Shown here one piece after another: positions 9,849 to 20,422 of a stretch of DNA of 30,730 nt. The stretch's first letter is position 1, and every line of letters begins with the position of its first letter. A program made the translations under genes and the position numbers. Where the stretch lies: the NCBI GenBank assembly GCA_964016885.1, contig CAXHJY010001344.1, positions 1 through 30,730 on the forward strand. Reading direction: 5' to 3'. The notes under the pieces are model-generated. The model saw nothing but the letters and a program-made list of their open reading frames with translations. It ran no database searches and had not been told where the DNA came from. This stretch comes from Eledone cirrhosa (Eukaryota).

Positions 9849-11116
9849 GTGTAAGTGTGTGAGGTCGGAGTTTATCAGCTCGTCCCAGGTTTTTCTAGGT
9901 CTGCCTATTCCGTGGCTACCGTCTATCTTTATTGCCCTGCACTTTGTTATACAGCTATCGTCCTTCATGCGCATCACGTGACCATATCAACGTAGCCTTC
10001 TCTCTAGTAAACAACATCTGATCCCTCTTATTTCTAATTTTTTCCTTCGTTTATGCTTTGTCGTTCACGTATATTACTATTACACATCCAGCGAAGCATG
10101 CAAGCTTCGTTTCTCTCTAGTCTGCGTATATCCTCTGCACACAATGCCCAGGTCTCACTGCCATGCAACATTGCTGTTCGTATGCAGGCATCGTACAGCC
10201 TGCCTTTCATTTTTAGGGAGAACCCTTTAGCGGCTAATAGTGGTATAAGCTCTCTGAACTTTTTCCACCCAGTTCTGACTCTAGCTACTGTACTTTCAGA
10301 GCACCCCCCCCCACTGCTGATTTTGTCACCCAGGTAACGGAAGCTGTCCACTATTTCTATAGAACCCTCTGCGCAGTTGAAAGAGCTAGTATTTTGTGGG
10401 CACTTGCTGCTACTTATTGCCCCAGAACACCGGCCACATGTAAAATCTATGTTCTTAGTTAGCTTACCTGTGATCCCACTACATCTTTTATGTACCCAAA
10501 CTTTGCATTTGGGACACAAAATGGAATTTCTACCTACGCCTTTCCTACACTCTGCGCATGGCCACTTCCCGGAGGGGACCGCCGCCTTATTTTCTTTCTT
10601 ACAAACTAGAACTTTAGTCTTAGCCAGGTTAATTTTAAGGCCTTTTGATTCTAGGCCGTGCTTCCATGTTTGGAATTTCTTCTCTAGCTCGGCCATTGAT
10701 TCAGCTATGAGCGTTTGATCATCTGCGTATAGGAGTTCCCATGGGCAGCCGGTCTTGAACTCCACTGTTATAGCCTGGAGGGCAATAATAAATAGTAGGG
10801 GGCTAAGAACAGATCCCTGATGAACACCAACTTTTACACTAAACTCTTCACTATATTCGTTGTTAATTCTAACCTTGCTGACTGTTTCTTTATACATGGC
10901 TTGTATAGCTCTCACAAGCCATTCATCAAGACCTAGTTTTCTAAGAGCCCACCAGATAATGGAACGGGGGACTCTGTCGAAGGCCTTCTCCAGGTCGACG
11001 AAAGCTAAGTATAGGGGGTTTACTTTTAGCTAGGTACTTCTCCTGTAGTTGTCGTACAATGAAAAGAGCGTCTGTGGTACTTTTTCCTGACACAAACCCG
11101 AACTGCATTTCATCTA
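9849..11116 (-). mobile_element. RTE-A copy 2, internal RT fragment (frameshifted)
   Basis: ORFs 10941..11126 and 10034..10915 are nearly identical to the copy 1 protein from DEMQFGF to DLTHLH. Confidence 0.92.
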
Positions 11117-11157
11117 TTATATACATATATTATATACATATATTATATATTATACAT

Positions 11158-11345
11158 CGGTGGATTGGCAGTATCGGTAGAGGGTCGGACGCCATGCTTT
11201 GACGCATAGAGTTACGCCCCTTTCCATTCTCAGTTCAAATCCCGCCGAGGTTAACTTTGCCTTTCATCCTTACGGGGTCGATAAAATAAAGTACCAGTAA
11301 TGCACTGGGTAACTGCTGGCCTTGTGCCAAAAAAGTAGAAACAAT
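11158..11345 (+). mobile_element. tRNA-derived SINE, second family (resembles octopus OK / MetaSINE-type central domain)
   Basis: A-box-like TGGCAGTATCGG, B-box AGTTCAAATCC, central GCCTTTCATCCTTACGGGGTCGATAAAATAAAGTACCAG, end GCTGGCCTTGTGCCAAAA; flanked by TA. Family name is from memory. Confidence 0.8.
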
Positions 11346-11538
11346 TATATATTATACATATATTATATACATATATTATATATATATTATATACATATAT
11401 TATATATATATTATATATATATTATATACATATATTATATATATATTATATATATATTATATATATATATTATACATATATTATATACATATATTATATA
11501 TATATTATATATATTATATATATATTATATATATATAT

Positions 11539-11572
<34 letters not shown>

Positions 11573-12135
11573 ATTATACATATATTATATACATATATTA
11601 TATATATTATATATATATTATATATATATATATTATATATATATATATATATATCATATATATATATTATATATATTATATATATAGATATTATATATAT
11701 ATTATATATATTATATATATATATATTATATATATTATATATATATATATTATATATATATATATTATATATATTATATATATATATATTATATATATTA
11801 TATATATTATATATATATATATTATATATATTATACATATATATATTATATATATTATATATATATATATTATATATATTATATATATATATATATTATA
11901 TTTATATATATTATATATATATATATATTATATATATATATATTATATATATATATTATATATTATATATATTATATATATATATATATTATATATATAT
12001 ATATTATATATATTATATATATATATATATTATATATATATATTATATATATATATATATTATATATATATATATTATATATATATATATTATATATATA
12101 TATAATATATATATATATATATTATATATATATAT
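11346..12135. repeat. Degenerate (TA)n microsatellite array
   Basis: TA repeat with TACATA and TATTA variants. Confidence 0.97.
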
Positions 12136-12195
12136 CATCATCATCATCATCATTTTACGTCCGCTTTTCCCTGCTTGCATGGGTGGGACGGGTCT

Positions 12196-12196
<1 letters not shown>
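12136..12196 (-). mobile_element. Extreme 3' end (~60 bp) of an RTE or RTE-dependent SINE
   Basis: Minus strand CCCGTCCCACCCATGCAAGCAGGGAAAAGCGGACGTAAAA(TGA)n: same terminal stem-loop and tail as the SINE and RTE families. Confidence 0.8.
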
Positions 12197-12248
<52 letters not shown>

Positions 12249-12730
12249 TATATTTATATATATATATATATATATAAAATACGTAATTTAGAAAGCCACA
12301 ACAATGCAGAGGGAAATCTCGAGGTAGGAAGTGAATGATAGATAGGAGAATAGGATAAAGTGAAAATTGAGAGAGACAAAGATGAAAACAAAACAAATGT
12401 AGAAGGGTTACCGTAGTGGAGATTTAATCCCAATATTTCGGGCTCACGCACATCAACGGGGGAAAAGTTCCAAAAGGGGGGAACAGGCTAGGCGGAGAAA
12501 GTTGTGATGTCGTTAAAACAGGAATGCCGTTATGGGGAGAAAAATTATTTTAAATTTAAATGAGGGAAAGAATGCGCGTGCGCGTGATAGGCTGTGGCAA
12601 AAGCTACTGACCAAATGGGTTAAATCAAGAGGGTGCGCTAGCGTGTGAAAGCCGTAAAATATGTGTGTGTAAATATATATGTGTGTGTAACTGTGTGTGT
12701 ATATGTGTAAGTGTGTATATGTGTGAGTGT

Positions 12731-13010
12731 GTGTGTGTGTGAAAGATAGTGTGCTGTAGAAGCTGGAAATCAAAGGGTGTGAAAGGTGGTAGGTTGTAAA
12801 AACATGTGTGCGTGTATAAATATAGATGTGTGTGTGCAAGCCTATGGGTATACATGTGTGTGTAACTGTGTGTATATGTGTGAGTGCGTGTGTGTGTGAA
12901 AGATAGTGGGCTGTAGAAGCTGGAAATCAAAGGGTGTGAAAGGTGGTAGGTTGTAAAAACATGTGTGCGTGTATAAATATAGATGTGTGTGTGTATGCGT
13001 ATGGGTATGC
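12731..13010. repeat. ~158-bp tandem duplication in the (CA)-rich PLE-1 3' region
   Basis: GTGTGAAAGATAGTG.GCTGTAGAAGCTGGAAATCAAAGGGTGTGAAAGGTGGTAGGTTGTAAAAACATGTGTGCGTGTATAAATATAGATG occurs twice, 158 bp apart. Confidence 0.85.
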
Positions 13011-13068
13011 ATATACGTGCGTGTGTGTGAAAATAGCAGGCCGTAAGGGCTGTGAAAGGTCACTATGG

Positions 13069-14724
13069 TTAAGTTAGCCATGTCAGCTCATTTCTCTCAG
13101 CCCGGTTGTTAAGTGGGGGTCTGAGGTTCTTAATAACAAGTGCTTCCTTTATCCTTAAGGATCCGATGCTGCGTTCAGTCGCTAGGACTGTGACCATGGG
13201 TCTACCCTGTGGGTTTCCGCATTTAAGGATGTGTTTACGGAAGGAAGATGCGTTGGTGTTGATATGTTCCTTGATACGAACATGTAGGGGTCGGATGGTG
13301 CTACCTATGTAAAACTTGTTACATTTATCGCATTGAATCTTATATACGACATAGGTGCGTAGGCAATCTGTCCCCCGTATCGGGCAGTTGCTGAGGGAAC
13401 ACGTCCCATCTGACTCGTAGGGTTTGTTGGAGAGGCATCTTCGCAGCGAAGGTCCTGTGTGGGCCAAATGTATGTCAAGTCCCTCCGTCTGTATGGCCCT
13501 GCGGATGGCGTTCGTGGTATATTCACTCAGGTGGGGGATTTTAAAGAAGCACCTGCTTTTATTTAAGTTTCTAGTGGGAGTCTGTCTATTGGGTCTGGGG
13601 TCTCTAATTCCGTTAATCAGTCGCTTGGGATATCCATTAGACCTGAGTAGATTACGGAATTGCGTGGTATGGGTGAGACCACCCATCGGGTCGCTGTATC
13701 TGTTAGTGATCCGTGTCAGTTCATTTAGGACATAGCCTCTCTTAGCGTTGTTGGGGAGGGCTGAGTTATAATGCACAAATAAGTCCTTGCACGCTGGGTA
13801 GAAGGTGGTGTTTATGTCTCCTTCTTCCGAGATGTTGATACGGAAGTCGAGGAGGGCGAGTGACCCGTCTTCTCCTGGGTGTTCGATGGTGAAATCGACG
13901 TGATGGTCAGTATCGTTGAAGATTTGGTGAATTTCATTCGCCATCTCCTGGGAAGAAGTAAGTATCAGGATGTCATCAACGTATCTGGAGTAGAAGGCGA
14001 CGGCGTTGGGTTGGCAGGTATTGAGTGCCTTGCGTTCCAGGTGGTCCATGTACGAGATCGCAAGTATGCCGGACAGACTAGAGCCCATAGGTAGCCCAGA
14101 GATTTGTTTGTACGTGTGGCCGAGGAAATTGAAGAGTGCATTATCCACAACGAAGGAGAGGAGTTGGTGGATGTCCGTGTGTGTGAGTCCGAAGCAGTGT
14201 AAGTTAGATGCTCGGACTCGTTCTGGGGATGCTGGTACGGAGGTATAAAGGGTGACCACATCAAGACTGAAGGCATAACCGTTGTCCTTTCTGGTGTTGG
14301 GCGCCAGATGGTGTAGTCGCTCCAAGACCTCCTTTGAGCTGCAGACGTGGGCTGGTAGTGTGTGTAGAATAGGTTTCAGTAGTGTGGAGAGCAGCCACGA
14401 TATTTTGTAGAGTGGGGCCTCCACGCTAGAGACAATGGGCCTGATTTTCAAATCGGGTCCTTGTTTATGTGTTTTAACCAGGTGGTAGAAGGTGGGTAAT
14501 TTGCTGTTTCGAGTCATTATGTTGTTTTTTACCTTCTTTGGCAGTTTTCGTTGGACACAGATGTTAGTCCATATGGTGTTAATGCCTTCCTCGATTAGAG
14601 TCGAGGAGGTCCCTGTGACTTTCGAGTAGAGGCTGTGGTCATTAAGATGTTGGAGAGCTAAGTTGTTGTAGGTCTCTCTCGAGATGACACAGAATTCTTT
14701 CCCCTTGTCAGAGGGAAGGTACAC
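13069..14724 (-). CDS. PLE reverse transcriptase + GIY-YIG endonuclease
   Basis: SDKG, KTHK, IRPIVS, SLDVVTLYTSVP, GLPMGSSLS, RYVDD, LLDF, VVYKIQCDKCNKFYIGST, RIKEH, KEALVI, PPLN. Confidence 0.9.
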   Translation of the reverse strand: MYLPSDKGKEFCVISRETYNNLALQHLNDHSLYSKVTGTSSTLIEEGINTIWTNICVQRKLPKKVKNNIMTRNSKLPTFYHLVKTHKQGPDLKIRPIVSSVEAPLYKISWLLSTLLKPILHTLPAHVCSSKEVLERLHHLAPNTRKDNGYAFSLDVVTLYTSVPASPERVRASNLHCFGLTHTDIHQLLSFVVDNALFNFLGHTYKQISGLPMGSSLSGILAISYMDHLERKALNTCQPNAVAFYSRYVDDILILTSSQEMANEIHQIFNDTDHHVDFTIEHPGEDGSLALLDFRINISEEGDINTTFYPACKDLFVHYNSALPNNAKRGYVLNELTRITNRYSDPMGGLTHTTQFRNLLRSNGYPKRLINGIRDPRPNRQTPTRNLNKSRCFFKIPHLSEYTTNAIRRAIQTEGLDIHLAHTGPSLRRCLSNKPYESDGTCSLSNCPIRGTDCLRTYVVYKIQCDKCNKFYIGSTIRPLHVRIKEHINTNASSFRKHILKCGNPQGRPMVTVLATERSIGSLRIKEALVIKNLRPPLNNRAERNELTWLT

Positions 14725-15122
14725 AAGGTTCCTGGATCTTAGGTTGGTGAGAGTATTAAATTGTGCATTGGTGAGGTTGCGTTTATTGTGTGTGTGGGGA
14801 AAGGATGTTAGAGATAGAATGTTTCAACCTGAGTAGTTTAGTGTCAAGTTCGTGGTTGGTGGGGGGTGGAGTGGGTTGTCGAGGTGGTACGTGGGGAGTG
14901 TGGGGTGGGTTGTGGGGTTGTAATCGATCTCGGTGTTGTTTTGGATGGCGGTTAGCCATTTCAGTTGATATGTTGTCCGACAGAAGTTGGTTTCGATGTC
15001 GAGTTTCAGTCTATCATCGAGACGCTGTGTAATGATGAACTTGGGTCCGAGGCGCAGAAGTTCGAGTTCGTCGTTGGTGAGGGTACCGGTTAGGTATATA
15101 TATATATTATATATATATATAT

Positions 15123-15449
15123 CATCATTTCATTTTACGTCCAATTTTCCTTGCTTGCAAGGGTTGGACAAGAACTGATTCTGGCTTGATTTCTACAGCT
15201 GGATGCCAACACCAACCTCATTTACAGTGAGTGCTGGGTGCTTTTTTGCCGTGGCACCTCCACGACCACTTTCCAGTGGAATGATAGGGACCGCAGTCCC
15301 TATCATCTCATTTCTACAGCTGAGTAAACTGGAGCAATGTGAAATAAAGTGTCTTGCTCAAGGAAACAACACATCACCCGGTCTGAGAATTGAACTCACA
15401 ACCTTTCGATTGCAAGGCCAATGCTCTAACCACTAAGCCATGTGCCTCC

Positions 15450-15450
<1 letters not shown>
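15123..15450 (-). mobile_element. tRNA-derived CORE-like/RTE-tail SINE, copy 2
   Basis: Near-identical to 1155-1498, with a small deletion in the GATGCCCTTCCTAAC segment. Confidence 0.9.
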
Positions 15451-15482
<32 letters not shown>

Positions 15483-15513
15483 ATATATATTATATATATA
15501 TATATTATATATA

Positions 15514-15556
<43 letters not shown>

Positions 15557-15587
15557 ATATATATTATATATATATATATTATATATA

Positions 15588-15630
<43 letters not shown>

Positions 15631-15683
15631 ATATATATTATATATATATATTATATATATATATATTATATATATTATATATA

Positions 15684-15723
<40 letters not shown>

Positions 15724-15725
15724 TA

Positions 15726-15778
<53 letters not shown>

Positions 15779-15788
15779 TAATATATAT

Positions 15789-15822
<34 letters not shown>

Positions 15823-15891
15823 ATATATATAATATATATATATATATATAATATATATATATATATATGTTACATATATATATTATATATA
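15451..15891. repeat. Degenerate (TA)n microsatellite array
   Basis: TA repeat; interruptions switch from TT to AA near 15715. Confidence 0.97.
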
Positions 15892-16465
15892 TCATCATCA
15901 TCAGGTTTAGCGTCCGTGTTCCACGCTTGCATGGGTTTGGACGGGGGTTTTCCCACTTGAGGCAAGAGTGGTTGTCTTGCTCGCATAGGACTGTCTGGCG
16001 GGTTTTCTACAGCTGGATGCCCTTCCTAACACCAACCACATTTACAGTGTGGGGCTGGGAGGTTTTTACCGTGTTGCCTACACGGCCACATTACAGCGTG
16101 GACTGTCTGGCGTGTTTTCTACAGCTGGATGCCCTTCCTAACACCAACCACATTTACAGTGTGGGGCTGGGAGGTTTTTACCGTGTTGCCTACACGGCCA
16201 CATTTACAGCGTGGACTGTGTGTTTTTTGTCGTGACACCTAGACGATCTCATTTGTTTCGGCCTGGATGTTGTGGGACCAACATAACTTTACATTGAAAG
16301 GGGCGGTGTGGATGGGGTGGAGGTGGTGGGACGGGGGTGTGTTTTGATAGAGATGCCTACTGACTGTAGTAGGTTTTTACTTTGTAATTTAGGTAAGGCG
16401 GGTCTTCCCTATTACTGAGTACCGCCAAAGGTCTCGGTCCAGTGACATTGTCTTGGAGAGGTGTA
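15892..16465 (-). mobile_element. RTE-A copy 3: 3' end (last codons, 3' UTR, tail) with internal ~112-bp duplication
   Basis: Reverse complement of about 5813-6274; unit 15988-16099 is repeated at 16100-16212. Confidence 0.92.
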
Positions 16466-16466
16466 T

Positions 16467-16497
<31 letters not shown>

Positions 16498-16831
16498 ATA
16501 TATATATATTATATATATTATATATTATATATATATATATTATATTTATATATATATATATTATATATATATATAATATATATTATATATATTATATATT
16601 ATATATATTATATATATAATTTATATATATTATATATATATATATTATATATATATATTATATATATATATTATATATATATATATTATATATATATATT
16701 ATATATATATATATTATATATATTATATATATATATTATATATATTATATATATATTATATATATATATATATTATATATATATATATTATATATATATA
16801 TATATTATATATTATATATATATATATATTT

Positions 16832-16863
<32 letters not shown>

Positions 16864-17055
16864 TATATATATATATATTATATATATTATATATATATAT
16901 ATTATATATATATATATTATATATATTATATTTATATATATTATATATATATATATTATATATATTATATATATATATATTATATATATTATATATATAT
17001 ATATATTATATTACATATATATGATATATATATTATATATATATATATTATATAT
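16466..17055. repeat. Degenerate (TA)n microsatellite array
   Basis: TA repeat with TATTA variants. Confidence 0.97.
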
Positions 17056-17406
17056 CATCATTTCATCATCATTTCATTTTACGTCCACTTTTCCCTGCTT
17101 GCAAGGGTGGGACGGGAACTGAATTCTGGCTTGATTTCTACAGCTGGATGCCCTTCCTAACACCAACCTCATTTACAGTGAGTGCTGGGTGCTTTTTTTT
17201 TTTGCCGTGGCACCTCCACGACCACTTTGCAGTGGAATGATAGTGACTCCAGTCCCTATCATCTCATTTCTACAGCTGAGTAAACTGGAGCAATGTGAAA
17301 TAAAGTGCCTTGCTCAAGGAAACAACACATCACCCGGTCTGAGAATTGAACTCACAACCTTTCGATTGCAAGGCCAATGCTCTAACCACTAAGCCATGTG
17401 CCTCCA
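17056..17406 (-). mobile_element. tRNA-derived CORE-like/RTE-tail SINE, copy 3
   Basis: Near-identical to 1155-1498. Confidence 0.9.
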
Positions 17407-17767
17407 TATATATTATATATATATATTATATATATATCATATATATATTATATATATATTATATATATTATATATATATATTATATATATATTATATTAT
17501 ATATATATTATATATATATATTATATATATATCATATATATATTATATATATATTATATATATTATATATATATATTATATATATATTATATATATTATA
17601 TATATATATTATATATATATTTATATATATATATATATTATATATATATATTATATATATATATATATTATATATATATATTATATATATATATTATATA
17701 TATATATATATTATATATATATATATTATATATATATATTATATATATATATTATATATATATATTA

Positions 17768-17816
<49 letters not shown>

Positions 17817-17841
17817 ATATATTATATATATATATATATTA

Positions 17842-17884
<43 letters not shown>

Positions 17885-17939
17885 ATATATTATATATATA
17901 TATATATTATATATATATATAAATTATATATATATATAT

Positions 17940-17985
<46 letters not shown>

Positions 17986-18246
17986 ATATATATATATATT
18001 ATATATATATATTATATATATATATATATTATATATATATATATTATATATATATTATATATATATATTATATATATATTATATATATATATTATATATA
18101 TTATATATATATATTATATATATTATATATATATATATATATTATATATATATATATATATTATATATATATATATATTATATATATATATATATTATAT
18201 ATATATATATATTATATATATATATAAATTATATATATATATATAT

Positions 18247-18279
<33 letters not shown>

Positions 18280-18346
18280 TATATATATATATATATATTA
18301 TATATATATATTATATATATTTTTATATATATATATATTATATATA
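17407..18346. repeat. Degenerate (TA)n microsatellite array
   Basis: TA repeat with TATTA variants. Confidence 0.97.
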
Positions 18347-18562
18347 AAGAATGAATAATAACAGGTAGACATCATAAATTACCTTTTTATGATGTCTACC
18401 TGTTATTATTCATTTTTTATATACACTCCGGAATACAGAAGGATCAGGAACTAAGTTTCTTCAACAATTCTTCCATAACTCGTAGAGTAACCTTTCACCA
18501 TACGTCAACCATATCCAGTGTAGTAATTAACCATTACTACATCTTGGATAATCCTTTACCTA
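18347..18562. mobile_element. Short fold-back insertion without a recognisable hammerhead (possible truncated/inverted PLE terminus)
   Basis: AATGAATAATAACAGGTAGACATCATAAA-TTACCTT-TTTATGATGTCTACCTGTTATTATTCATT (29-bp arms) plus a ~145-bp unique extension; flanked by TA. Confidence 0.5.
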
Positions 18563-20202
18563 ATATATATTATATATATATTATATATATATATATATAT
18601 ATATTGTATATATATTGTATATATATATATATTATTATTACGATGAAGCTCTTGCTCGGAGTGGATTTGTCGATAAGGTAGCATATACAGAGTACGGAAA
18701 TAGACCTAGAAGAAATAGATCCCGTCACATTTGTTGGTATAACCCGCCATATAGTATGGAGGTGGCCACACCATTAGCTAAGATCTTTCTTTCCCTTATT
18801 ACGAAGCATTTCCCCCTACACATAAACATAGTAAAATTTTTAATAGAAATACTATTAAAATTTCTTACTCTACGACTCCTAACCTTGCACATAACATCAC
18901 AGCTTCAAATTTAGCTAAACTACCTAGCCGTAGGAACATGTGGAACCCTGTAGTTAGTACTAACTGTAATTGTAGGCTTATTGCCCCCTATCCGGGAAAT
19001 GCCTCTCTAGTAACATTGTCTACAAATGTAATATGACGTCACTTTCAGCTTATATCTGGAGTCTAAAAGACAACCACACCCAATATAAGTTACACTGGGA
19101 GATCCTAGCTAGGGCTAGATCGTATAACGGAAATAAAAGACCATGTGACCTCTGCGCCGATGAGGCCCTGGAAATACTCTACGCCACAGTCCACATCTTA
19201 AACAAAAAATCTGAGGCTATTTCGGCTTGTAAACATAAATTGCACAAAACTTTCCTGTATTACAGCCCCACGTTATACCCTAACGGATAGCACGATCTAT
19301 ACGTGGATATTTTACGTCTTGATGTGGGAGCTAAGTATATGTTTTGTTTATTCCTTTACTTATTTGCATAGGTAAGTATATATTACCCATATGTTTTGTG
19401 AAGGTATGTATACCTTCTCGTACGTATATTTGACTGTTATGGCGTATCATTTTTACATATTCTGGTATTTAGGGTTCGGCTATGTGTATACGGGAGTTTT
19501 GCGTCCGAGTGAGTATGCAGGTTCGTACGTATGGTGGGTGTGTGTATATGTGTACTTCTTGTTTTAGTTGACTTACGTCTCCGAACATTCGTGTATTTAT
19601 ATGTAGGTATGTGCATGCGCTTGTTATATACGTATTTATTTACTTATATACGTTTATATAATTATTTATTTATTTGTACACAAGCATACACACACACACA
19701 TATTTATATGTGCGTGGTTTTGTATACCTATGGTAAGGTTTTGCGTATGCTTGTGTATGTACGTATCTGTTTGCGTGTATGTATTTATTTGTTTCTATTA
19801 CTTCTGTATTGTATTTATTTACTTTGTTCTTAACTCTGTAGCGGAGATTCATTTGGTCTCCTAGTTAGAATTTTAGTCTACGACTTCTGCTATACCATTT
19901 ACGTGGTTTTGTCTTTGCGTGCTTTTGTTCTCCACGCTCCACATATGACTTATTATCTTCGTTTTTTCGTTCATTGCCAGAGAACGTCTCTATGCACCAC
20001 CTAAGAGAACATTAGTCTACGACCTCTTTTATACCATAAACGTGGTTTTGTCTTTGCGCGTAATTGTTTTTCACCGCTCCTATTAATGACGTATTATTCG
20101 TTTTTTCCCGTTCTTTGCCAGCGAACGTTACCACGAACCAAAGTATCGTCTTCCTGTCTTCCTCCGGTTGCAACGTTTTTTGAAATATCCAGTTCTGCAT
20201 TT

Positions 20203-20278
20203 ACAGATTGACTTTGTTAGTTTCAGAAGATCCCGTTAAGGGTGAAAGCAGCGATTCTTTGCTTAAACTTTAATCTGT
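20203..20278 (+). ncRNA. Hammerhead-like ribozyme with variant core (CAGAAGA), first PLE-2 repeat
   Basis: ACAGATTGA..AGTTT-CAGAAGA-TCCC-GTTAA-GGGT-GAAA-GCA-GCGATTCTT-TGC-TT-AAACT-TTAATCTGT: all three stems form around a core with U4>A. Confidence 0.65.
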
Positions 20279-20422
20279 TATTTTAATAAATATTTGCTCT
20301 ACGGTTCTTATATATTTGATATATATTTTCCTTATCGAGCCCTCTTTGGATTTTAGTCTCCAATTTTATTATTATTACTATTTGGCTCCTTCGGTTGAGC
20401 ACTCTACTGACTTATATTCATC

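Larger units (their letters stand above)
12277..15094 (-). mobile_element. Penelope-like retroelement PLE-1 (RT + C-terminal GIY-YIG, Cys-containing linker; possibly Nematis/Neptune type), 5'-truncated
   Basis: N-terminal LRLGPKF motif upstream of a frameshift near 14795; ORF 13069..14724; about 790-bp CA-rich 3' region; TA on both sides. Confidence 0.85.

Noticed and set aside
12425-12470. Possible hammerhead in the PLE-1 3' region (minus strand TTGATGT...CGAAATATT)
   Set aside because: Two core mismatches and no convincing stems II and III; not supportable without a family consensus.
19531-19833. Hydrophobic 100-aa ORF repeated at 22777-23079
   Set aside because: Lies in the GT/GTAT low-complexity PLE-2 3' region; composition explains the open frame and the tandem explains its recurrence.
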